DNA of 64,000 nucleotides from a virus: IMG/VR virus record IMGVR_UViG_3300038620_000126, positions 32,001 to 96,000 of that record; one strand, 5' to 3'. Shown piece by piece: positions 48,708 to 57,175 of this stretch (position 1 is its first letter; each line of letters starts with the position of its first letter). The notes under the pieces were generated by a model. It saw only the letters and a program-made list of their open reading frames with translations, ran no database searches and was not told where the DNA came from. The position numbers and the translations under genes were made by a program.

Positions 48708-49343
48708 TTACTTTTCATTTATAAAAAATGTAAACTCCCCATACTTTACACTTTTATCTTTAATAATAAGTTTAGGATGCAGGTTTGTAATGTGTCCTTC
48801 CTTTTTAAGATATATTCTAAAAACCAGTAAATCTCTAAAATTACTGTAACTATCTAAAGCACTGTAAAAGTTATCCGCTGTGTCATATAGTATTTCTTTA
48901 ATATCTATGTTTTCGTCCAGTTCCAAAAATTCAAATTCCAAATTTTCAGGATCGTAATTTTCAATGTATATAGGAATATCGATATAACTATCATCATCGG
49001 TTAAGTTAAGTTTTGGATATGTTTTTTGATTGGCTCCAAATATTGGAAAAGGTATAACTTTAGGCTCTGATTCTACATTTTGATAATTTGCATTAATTAT
49101 CATGTTTAAGGGAATATTCCGAGCAGTATTGCCATCATCAAATGATATATCAAGATAAACACGGTTAGAAGTATTTTTCAAAAACACGCTTTTGACAACA
49201 CCACTCTGCTTAGATACGGCGGTTGATCCTTCGTTGTTTGTTATGGGAACAAGAAAGTCTCTGGAACCGTATATAGTTAATTCTTTTCCCTTAAAACTTT
49301 CATTAATAAAGTTATGTAAATCACCTTTAAAGTAGTTCTCCAT
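48708..49343 (-). CDS. Hypothetical virion protein; N-terminal domain paralogous to 52180-53001
   Basis: MENYFKG..INESFKGKELTI vs MTTYFKG..LNELNGKVITV. Confidence 0.65.
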   Translation of the reverse strand: MENYFKGDLHNFINESFKGKELTIYGSRDFLVPITNNEGSTAVSKQSGVVKSVFLKNTSNRVYLDISFDDGNTARNIPLNMIINANYQNVESEPKVIPFPIFGANQKTYPKLNLTDDDSYIDIPIYIENYDPENLEFEFLELDENIDIKEILYDTADNFYSALDSYSNFRDLLVFRIYLKKEGHITNLHPKLIIKDKSVKYGEFTFFINEK

Positions 49344-49350
49344 AGTAATT

Positions 49351-51015
49351 TTAATTTAGTGGTTCATTTATCTCACTAATGTAAATGTTAACAGAACTTT
49401 GAGTGTCAAAATTTGGAAGTTCTTCAAAGTAAATACCATTTCTGTCTGTCCAATCACCCCTAATAATTGGAACTTCTTTTTCTCCCAATATAATATTTCC
49501 ATTTCTATCTAAACCAGGGGTTTCATTGGAATTTGGTTTTTCTGCTTTTAGTTCTTCATTTTCTTTTGAAATAAAATAAACATCAACCCAGTCTACACCT
49601 TCTATTCCTTCAATTACATCAATTAAATCGGATTTAGGAATTTTAGTTCTGCGTTTTCTATTTACAAAATAATCTGAAAGACGTTCTAAAATTTCATTTC
49701 GAATAAGATTAGCATCATTACCTTGAAATATTCCAAGTTCAATCGTTAAAACGTAACGCCTTAGTGTTGGATTAACAATTTTAATAACATTTGTAATAAC
49801 TCGCTGTCCACTCTCTTCTATAAGATTTAAAAGCTTGGTTTTATTACGTTCAGACAATTTGAAAGCATCTATCGGAACGGTAAAATAATTTGTATTTGTT
49901 CCCAAAAACTTATAAATATTGGGTATTAACATAACATATACAACGTTATCATTTTCAGGATTATTATCTTCTGTCTTAGTCCAAACATCAATAAAACTAA
50001 AAGTGTTCAACTTTTGAAAAAATGTTCTTATGTTAGTTTTATTTGCTAAAACGAAATTTCTGCTCTGCTTAGGAGCTATTATTCTAGTAAATTCTGGGTC
50101 TTCTGCATTAGCACCAAGGTTAATATCGTCTACCATACCAGCTTTAAAAAACTGATTCAAATCCACACCATTACCCTGTATATCAAAACCCTGATCCAAA
50201 AACTGAAAATTAACATTTTCTTTCTTTTGAAGATTTCCAGCTTGTCCATTAGTAACTAAGTAATCAATTTCTATGTTTGCTCCGGGCGGTGGACGTTTTC
50301 CAAAATTTCCAGTTCCAAAGTAAACATCTATTCCTTTATTAATACCAGTTTTAAGTAAAAATCCCTCTGCTTCTCGCGGTATATCATAAAGACTATCATA
50401 CTTACTCCATTCTTTTCCATTAACTTTAACCCGCGTATATTGATGGTCTATTTGAACATTGGGTTTTACAGTTAGTGTGAAACTTTGAAGTTTTGTGCCA
50501 TTTCCTGTTTTTTGTTGGGTTTCAAATTTACCTTCAACAAGTTTAACATTAATAATTTCAGTAGGAACTTGTGGTAATGCTATTTGATCTGCATTAAGAA
50601 TAACCGTATAAATTAACCCATTTCCAGCTTCTCCACCAAGCCTAACTTTCGTATAATTTATTAAATAAGCATATTGACCCGTTATTTCAGATTGGGCACT
50701 TTTATCAAATACAATTTGAATTGTACCAGATGCAGACCTAGCATTTGTTGGGTTATGACCTGTAAGGCGAGCAAGCCCATAAATTGAGTGGTTTCTACGT
50801 GCTTCATTTATGTTAAGTTCAGCAACGGAGTCTTGAATAAAGTAAAATATTAGTTGGGCCAAATTTAACATGACTTGAAAAAGTTGACCCCACGGACTTC
50901 CTTCAGTAAACGTTTGACTTGCTTGTCTATAACGTTCACGCAAAAAGTCTTTTGCATCTGTTATTAATTCAGTTACTTGAACCCGTGATTTAGAAAAGAA
51001 TTTTTCAAATCTCAA
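49351..51015 (-). CDS. Baseplate wedge protein (gp6-like)
   Basis: SIYGLARLTGHNP..SASG, VYFGTGNFGKRPP.G.NI.IDYL.TNG..GN, IEGVDWV. Confidence 0.85.
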   Translation of the reverse strand: MRFEKFFSKSRVQVTELITDAKDFLRERYRQASQTFTEGSPWGQLFQVMLNLAQLIFYFIQDSVAELNINEARRNHSIYGLARLTGHNPTNARSASGTIQIVFDKSAQSEITGQYAYLINYTKVRLGGEAGNGLIYTVILNADQIALPQVPTEIINVKLVEGKFETQQKTGNGTKLQSFTLTVKPNVQIDHQYTRVKVNGKEWSKYDSLYDIPREAEGFLLKTGINKGIDVYFGTGNFGKRPPPGANIEIDYLVTNGQAGNLQKKENVNFQFLDQGFDIQGNGVDLNQFFKAGMVDDINLGANAEDPEFTRIIAPKQSRNFVLANKTNIRTFFQKLNTFSFIDVWTKTEDNNPENDNVVYVMLIPNIYKFLGTNTNYFTVPIDAFKLSERNKTKLLNLIEESGQRVITNVIKIVNPTLRRYVLTIELGIFQGNDANLIRNEILERLSDYFVNRKRRTKIPKSDLIDVIEGIEGVDWVDVYFISKENEELKAEKPNSNETPGLDRNGNIILGEKEVPIIRGDWTDRNGIYFEELPNFDTQSSVNIYISEINEPLN

Positions 51016-51103
51016 TATAAGTTTTTCTTTATTTATTTAATAAAATATTTAGAAGTTTAAAAGTACCTTTATCAAAAATAAAAATAAATAAAGAAAAAAC
51101 AAA

Positions 51104-52096
51104 ATGAATATAAAATCATTTGAAGAATTTTTATTTGAAATGAAAAGGGGGCCTGAGGGGTATCAAGGAAATGGTTGGCAAACCGGTTTATTTGGGGGTG
51201 AAGTTGATACCCACAAATCAATGCATATTATAGGCAGAAACGTTACACATGCAGCAGACGATATAATTAACAGTTTAAAATCACAAGACAAAAAATTAGC
51301 AAGTACATTTGAAAGACTAATGGATAAAAATCCCGCTTACTTTTTTGAAATACTAAGTATAGTTTATCAAGTAGTTACAGGAGACTTAATTAGTAAAACA
51401 TCTAAAAATATAACAACACCAGAAGAACTGGAAGAAGAAATACATGATGCTGCAAATGAATTAACCGAATACATAAAAGATGCAATTGGTAAAACGGATT
51501 ATTTACAAATTGAAAACAGGTACAAAAAAATAATTTACTATATTTTAGAAAACTTTGATTTTTCTAATACAGGAAAAGGAATAAGTTTAGAGGATATACA
51601 AATTATTCTTGATGGGTTTACATGGTATAATACAAGTAAGATAGCTCAAATGGATAAAGAATCTATGAGAGTTGCAACACGAGCTTATCATATTAAAACA
51701 AACTGGAAAGATTTAAGAAACACTCAAAAAGAACAAAATAAGTGGTTTGATCCTTGTATATTTTTTGGTAGGAAAGGGGAAAATAGAGATATAAAGTATT
51801 ATATAGATAACTTTTCAATAGAAGAATTACAGGCTATGATAAAAAGCCGAAATGAAGCTGGTAGAGCTTTAATTGATAAAAGACGACTTCCAAAGTCATT
51901 AAAAAATATTCAAAAATATAGTAATGAATGGAAGAAGAGAGAAAAAACCAGTCCGTGGTATAAACACTATAGAAAAAAAGAAGCTCTAAGAAGTACAAAT
52001 GCAAAAAGAGGTTATAAAATTAAACCCAGATTTAATCCAATGATTGTAAGCAAAGCACTAAAAGATAGCGGACTAAGAAACCCACCAATGACATGA
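51104..52096 (+). CDS. Capsid-tagged internal protein, unknown function
   Basis: MNIKSFEEFLFEM; AATAAATA upstream; own terminator. Confidence 0.78.
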   Translation: MNIKSFEEFLFEMKRGPEGYQGNGWQTGLFGGEVDTHKSMHIIGRNVTHAADDIINSLKSQDKKLASTFERLMDKNPAYFFEILSIVYQVVTGDLISKTSKNITTPEELEEEIHDAANELTEYIKDAIGKTDYLQIENRYKKIIYYILENFDFSNTGKGISLEDIQIILDGFTWYNTSKIAQMDKESMRVATRAYHIKTNWKDLRNTQKEQNKWFDPCIFFGRKGENRDIKYYIDNFSIEELQAMIKSRNEAGRALIDKRRLPKSLKNIQKYSNEWKKREKTSPWYKHYRKKEALRSTNAKRGYKIKPRFNPMIVSKALKDSGLRNPPMT

Positions 52097-52121
52097 AATG
52101 GCTTTATAAAAAGTTTAAAAT

Positions 52122-52155
52122 AAAAGTGGCTATCAATGAAAATAGCCACTTTTTT
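52122..52155. terminator. Bidirectional intrinsic terminator
   Basis: aaaagtggctat...atagccactttt between convergent genes. Confidence 0.85.
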
Positions 52156-52179
52156 AATTAATTACAAGTGTTTTTTTGT

Positions 52180-53001
52180 TTATACGCTAAAACTTTGTAC
52201 GTCATCAACAAAGTAAACTTTGATAGTTTTAGTGACAGAAGATGATCCAACAGGCACACCAGCAAGTGTTACGTCAAAAGTTGCAACTGCATTTCCATCG
52301 CTCCAGTCATTTCTACTTACAGACAATTCAAAACTATTTCCTGTAAAGTTATTACTATTGTAAATTGTATCAATAAAACTATTTGATAATGGATTGCTTT
52401 GAGTATCAGTAAAACTAGTGAGTGAAACAGATGGGGCAATTTCACCATCAAAAAAGTCATTGTTATGAAAACGATCAACAACAAATTTAACTGAATAAGA
52501 ATTTACGCCCACATAATCATTTGCTTCAGCATCAGAATGTGATTGTAAAATTTTATCAACTAAATCATTTTTCTTAAACTTATTTTGAACCACATAATAT
52601 TCGGCTGGTTCGCTATCTAAAATAAGTGGAACAATTACATCAAAATTACTACCAGATGAAAGTGATGTTCTAAGTTCATAAAAACTTCCATAATTAAAGT
52701 TGTTATCTGGATTAAAAACTTTAATTTGTGACTTTGAATCCTGAGTAAAATTTGCAAAGTTTACAGAACTGACTGTATATCCATTCGTAAAATGGAAATC
52801 GAATAAAAGTATATCACCATCATAATATGGCGTTATACTATCTACAGTTCCTGTAATTTCGTGTATTTCGTTTTTCTGCAATCCGTTAGAATCTTTAACA
52901 GAAAGTTGATTAATGTTTTCTGAATCTCCTACTGTTATGACTTTTCCATTAAGTTCATTAAGTAGATATTCAAAGATAGTTCCTTTAAAGTAAGTTGTCA
53001 T
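52180..53001 (-). CDS. Putative virion structural protein
   Basis: Late promoter; beta-rich; shares N-terminal domain with 48708-49343. Confidence 0.6.
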   Translation of the reverse strand: MTTYFKGTIFEYLLNELNGKVITVGDSENINQLSVKDSNGLQKNEIHEITGTVDSITPYYDGDILLFDFHFTNGYTVSSVNFANFTQDSKSQIKVFNPDNNFNYGSFYELRTSLSSGSNFDVIVPLILDSEPAEYYVVQNKFKKNDLVDKILQSHSDAEANDYVGVNSYSVKFVVDRFHNNDFFDGEIAPSVSLTSFTDTQSNPLSNSFIDTIYNSNNFTGNSFELSVSRNDWSDGNAVATFDVTLAGVPVGSSSVTKTIKVYFVDDVQSFSV

Positions 53002-53044
53002 AGTGTTTTATTTTTTTTTATTTATTTGTTTTACTAAAAAGTCT

Positions 53045-53350
53045 TTACTTTTTAATGCGACATATTTTTTCTACAAGATTTAATAAGTGAGATTCTTCTT
53101 TTTGCATCAAAAAGTAGAGTATAATAAGTATAAGTAAATATACAAAAATTATTGTCCAAAACAAAAACAAACTAAAGTTTATAAATTCAAAGTGTGTAGT
53201 TAAATACAGTACCACATAATTGAAGCCCATTCCAAAAATATAAAAATAGAAGTACATTATTATGTACATGTAATAACGGATTTTAGATGTTTTAATTTCT
53301 TCTTTTAATTTTTTTATTTTATTCATTTTTATACATTTTTTTAAAAACAA
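53045..53350 (-). CDS. Membrane protein with two TM helices
   Basis: Two long hydrophobic segments. Confidence 0.6.
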   Translation of the reverse strand: MFLKKCIKMNKIKKLKEEIKTSKIRYYMYIIMYFYFYIFGMGFNYVVLYLTTHFEFINFSLFLFWTIIFVYLLILIILYFLMQKEESHLLNLVEKICRIKK

Positions 53351-54090
53351 TTACTAGTAAAGTTCATAATTTCTAAATTAATTTCATCTTCTGATATTTC
53401 GTACTTATCATCTACTTCAATAACTTTATTACCCATTTTTTCAAACATAGAGTTTATTGTATTCCCTCCTCCAAAAGATATTACATTAGGAGAAGAAACT
53501 ATAAGATAGTGCCATTCAGTATGGGTATCCACTAAATATTGAATTTTTTCACGGTTAATGTTAATAGAATCACCATATTCTTCAACCACGTCATATATTT
53601 CTATATTATAATCTTCTGCATATTCTTTACACACTTTAACTTGTTCACACATCTTATCGTAACTTTGCATATGATTAACTCTAGCGTATATTATGCATTT
53701 ATTAGCTGTAGATTTTCCGGTTTGGTTATGGTTAAAATCATCAAATGCTTTTTCAAAATTAACTTTTGCAAGTGCAAGTTTAGCTCCATCACATCTTATA
53801 TACATATCATTTAATTTTCCTTTATTGAAATCGTGTTTTACTTTATCATATGTAAAGTTACCATATTGCGCATAAACACTGATTGGCAAATAAAGTAATA
53901 AATCACCATTTTCTCTACTTGCATTGTATATGTTATAAAAGTCTACATACGCTGGTATATGTCTATAATTTTTATATTCTTTTGATGGTATTTTATTACG
54001 TTGACACCAACTATTAACAGTTGATGGTTTTTTGTTATTAAAGCGGGCGTACAATATGGGTCTAATATAAACTAGTTTTGTTGTGTCCAT
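53341..54090 (-). CDS. IS607-type serine-recombinase-like protein, catalytically degenerate
   Basis: CIIYARVN (S to N), QV..C..YA, EEYGDSIN..R, LIVSSPNVI in place of DRL; two N-terminal HTH-like units. Confidence 0.7.
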   Translation of the reverse strand: MDTTKLVYIRPILYARFNNKKPSTVNSWCQRNKIPSKEYKNYRHIPAYVDFYNIYNASRENGDLLLYLPISVYAQYGNFTYDKVKHDFNKGKLNDMYIRCDGAKLALAKVNFEKAFDDFNHNQTGKSTANKCIIYARVNHMQSYDKMCEQVKVCKEYAEDYNIEIYDVVEEYGDSININREKIQYLVDTHTEWHYLIVSSPNVISFGGGNTINSMFEKMGNKVIEVDDKYEISEDEINLEIMNFTSNCF

Positions 54091-54121
54091 AATTTTTGGA
54101 TACTAATTAATTGATATAAAA

Positions 54122-54586
54122 TTATGTTACTTGAAAAGCGGTTACACCATTTTTAGTGTACATATTAATAATATCTGGATTATCATCAAATGCAATAATG
54201 TTGTAATAAGTTGAACAATCAAAACAACTATGAAGCCATTTTTCTTTTAGATCGGCTGATCTGGATAAATCGCTGTTTGGTCTCATGTACAAATTTTCAT
54301 CGTTAATAGCTAAAATACCTTGGTTCATAAACCAATCATGAGTAAGGCTTCTTGCATCGTTTGATCGTCCAGTAAAATAGTATACGTTATTTAATTTATT
54401 TTGTGCTAACATGCAAACAAGAATTTGCCAGTACAAATTAAACATGGGATATTTTGGGTTGTCTTTAATACATTCTAAATTAAACTTATTCCATTCTTTT
54501 GAACGTTTATTTAAATACTTTTGTTCACGCCATGATGCATCTGAAAGTGTACTATCAATATCAAAAATGTAAATAGGCGACTTCAT
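54122..54586 (-). CDS. HAD phosphatase (PseT/PNKP 3'-phosphatase-like)
   Basis: IFDIDSTL, FTGR, LYMRP, K, FDDNP. Confidence 0.85.
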   Translation of the reverse strand: MKSPIYIFDIDSTLSDASWREQKYLNKRSKEWNKFNLECIKDNPKYPMFNLYWQILVCMLAQNKLNNVYYFTGRSNDARSLTHDWFMNQGILAINDENLYMRPNSDLSRSADLKEKWLHSCFDCSTYYNIIAFDDNPDIINMYTKNGVTAFQVT

Positions 54587-54602
54587 TAGTTTTTTATATT
54601 TA

Positions 54603-55331
54603 TTAACTTGAATCTTTTATAGATTGGGACAAAGAAGATGTTACTTTTTTACTGTTCAAATCTTTCAGTTTATAATATGATATCTCTTTTTTAATTTCTT
54701 TAACAATAGAATTAATAGATTTATGAAAAGTAAAACTTATATTATAAAAAAAATCGTTTAATAATTTTGCAAACAACTTTGATATATAATAACTTTGCAA
54801 ATCCATACTTATAGTGTTGTAAATGACATAACCAGATTCAAGACCACTAAAAACAAGTGGATTATTGGTGTTGATAACTTCGCGACTTTCAGATATGGCG
54901 CTAACTAATTTGACACTTTCAATAAAACGTGAAAAGTTTTGATTTGTATTTTGTAACTTATTAACAGACTTTTCACAATTAATAAAGTAATCAAAATCTT
55001 TTTTATAATTATTCTTAAATAAATCTAATTTTTTTGTATCTGCACGTTTAGTAAATCTATCTACTATAATTAAACTGTTAGGAACAAGAACACCAAAGTT
55101 AATAACCAAGTTGTTATCAACTTGATTAAGTGAAATCTTTTCAAAAATAAATGTTTCATAACACCTTTTTCTTGAAGATGGAGGTCGAAATGTAAATGAA
55201 TAGTTTGGATCGACATTGTTTTGCGTCTGTATAAATAGATAGCTATCTAGCCTAAGACTCACTTTTTTAAAAAATTTAATAAGATACTTTAAGTATTCAA
55301 TATCGGTTTCAGGAGAATATGAATGCATCAC
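54603..55331 (-). CDS. Hypothetical protein, paralog family member 1
   Basis: YLKYLIKFF..RKRCY..YKKDF..NQNFSRFIES. Confidence 0.7.
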   Translation of the reverse strand: MMHSYSPETDIEYLKYLIKFFKKVSLRLDSYLFIQTQNNVDPNYSFTFRPPSSRKRCYETFIFEKISLNQVDNNLVINFGVLVPNSLIIVDRFTKRADTKKLDLFKNNYKKDFDYFINCEKSVNKLQNTNQNFSRFIESVKLVSAISESREVINTNNPLVFSGLESGYVIYNTISMDLQSYYISKLFAKLLNDFFYNISFTFHKSINSIVKEIKKEISYYKLKDLNSKKVTSSLSQSIKDSS

Positions 55332-56023
55332 TCTTGTTCTTTTTTAGTTTTTTTCAATTTATAGTACAGTAGTTCACTTTTAACCTCTTTGACAAATAAA
55401 TCTAAAGTTTTGTAAGACTTCAAATATGAAGTAATTTTAAAATAATTGTTATTACTTTCTTTTAGTAATAAATCATCTTCTATTAGGGACTTAAACAAAT
55501 AAGAAATTGATGAACTTTGCAGGTTAAAAACTAATGTGGTAGACACATAATAACCATATTCTCTTTTAAAATAAGTTCTGTTTTTTGTTTGTAAAATTTC
55601 TTTTACTTGATCTGAAACAACAACAACTGGAGTTGCGCTTTCAATAAAAGATAAAAAGTTTTGGTTTTTGGCTTCTGGTTTATTAGTTGTCTTTTGATGT
55701 TTAACAAAATTCTTAAAATCTTCTTTATACTTATTTGAAAGAAACTCAAGTTTAGTGTTATCCTTGATCGCCACATCAAAAGCGATAAAAAGAAGTTTAT
55801 TAAATGTGCTTATCGAAAATTCAGTAGGTTTCCAACACTCGGAATAACATCTTCTTTTGTTCACTGTTCCAAACGTATAAGAATATACTGGTATACTTTG
55901 AATTAAACTTGGATATTCCGGTTCCATTCTGTTAATTACTGCATTAAAGAATTTAACAAGACCTTTTAGATATACAGTATCAATTTCAGGAGCATTACTT
56001 TTACTGTTTGTGTTAGTCATCAC
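55328..56023 (-). CDS. Hypothetical protein, paralog family member 2
   Basis: YLKGLVKFF..KRRCY..YKEDF..NQNFLSFIES. Confidence 0.7.
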   Translation of the reverse strand: MMTNTNSKSNAPEIDTVYLKGLVKFFNAVINRMEPEYPSLIQSIPVYSYTFGTVNKRRCYSECWKPTEFSISTFNKLLFIAFDVAIKDNTKLEFLSNKYKEDFKNFVKHQKTTNKPEAKNQNFLSFIESATPVVVVSDQVKEILQTKNRTYFKREYGYYVSTTLVFNLQSSSISYLFKSLIEDDLLLKESNNNYFKITSYLKSYKTLDLFVKEVKSELLYYKLKKTKKEQE

Positions 56024-56480
56024 CTATATCTTCAAAATATTTTTTAAATAAATACAAACCATGTGAACGTTTTGCTTCAAGGGACTTATCAAAAGTTTCA
56101 AAGTCTTCTCTAGAAAGTTCTTTTTCTTTTTGTTTGCGTAGCCTTGACCAATAATTATCACAATCTGGATGTGGTAGAGAGCCTATTTCAAAAGCATTAA
56201 TTATATCACAAAGTATTTTTCTATCGTCTGAACGAAGCCCATCAGGTATTTCACCTTTTTGAATTTTCTGTTCCCTTACTGGATCATAAATAATTGGAGC
56301 ATGTGAATTATTTTCACAATAACTTAAATGATCTTTCATAACTTTTGCTGCATACATACATATGCTTTCAACTGGAAACCTTTTTTCATAAGAAGTGCGG
56401 TCATACGTTTTTCCAGTAATAAGCTTTCTAAAAAACGCTTTTATAGAATCAACTACTAAATAAAGAGTGTTGCAAAACAT
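56013..56480 (-). CDS. Hypothetical phage protein
   Basis: ILCDIINAFE...GLYLFKKYF motif. Confidence 0.7.
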   Translation of the reverse strand: MFCNTLYLVVDSIKAFFRKLITGKTYDRTSYEKRFPVESICMYAAKVMKDHLSYCENNSHAPIIYDPVREQKIQKGEIPDGLRSDDRKILCDIINAFEIGSLPHPDCDNYWSRLRKQKEKELSREDFETFDKSLEAKRSHGLYLFKKYFEDIGDD

Positions 56481-56513
56481 AAAAATTATTGGTTTAGTTT
56501 TTTATAATAGATT

Positions 56514-57167
56514 TTATACTAAAACTTTATGTAACTTATGAGAAGATCTTTTGACTCTTTCTTTTTTCACGTAATTTACCGTTTTAAAGAGCCTACTTTT
56601 TGTAATAAAATTGTTAAGATCAAGATATTCATCTGATAAAAATTCTTTACAAATTGATGCAGTAACCACGTCACTAAGAGCTAATGTAAACACTAAATAA
56701 AACTCTGTAGCTTTGCTTTTATTAAGATATTGATAATCTAAGTAAGAATTATTAAGAAGATGCAAATAATTTGAAGTTTTGTTTATGTTATTATCCTTAT
56801 CACGTTTTTCCAGCAGATAACGCAAAAAACTATCAAAATCAGATTTATAACGCTTTTTTATGTGCATTAAAACAGAACTGTTTCTCATCCAATCCAAGTT
56901 TACATAAATCTTTATAACCAAACTGCTACCAATTGAGTTAACAGAAACAACCTTTGCTTTTTCATTTTGTAACAGGGAATAAGTTTTTTGTAAATGTTTT
57001 TCAGTGGTTTTAAGAAATTCTGAATCAGTTTTAAATACAAAATTTCTTAATAAACGCTTATCAACAAATCCCAAATGATTTGTTGTTCTAGCTAAAAACA
57101 TCTTAAAAAAGCGAATTAGCTCTTTTAAGTAATTTTCATATTCTGAAGTCTTAGTTAATTTATCCAT
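56514..57167 (-). CDS. Hypothetical protein, diverged paralog family member 3
   Basis: YLKELIRFF..R; YKSDFDSF. Confidence 0.65.
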   Translation of the reverse strand: MDKLTKTSEYENYLKELIRFFKMFLARTTNHLGFVDKRLLRNFVFKTDSEFLKTTEKHLQKTYSLLQNEKAKVVSVNSIGSSLVIKIYVNLDWMRNSSVLMHIKKRYKSDFDSFLRYLLEKRDKDNNINKTSNYLHLLNNSYLDYQYLNKSKATEFYLVFTLALSDVVTASICKEFLSDEYLDLNNFITKSRLFKTVNYVKKERVKRSSHKLHKVLV

Positions 57168-57175
57168 AATTTTAT

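Noticed and set aside
53341-54090. Active IS607 element
   Set aside because: Catalytic Ser absent, no tnpB, no recognisable ends
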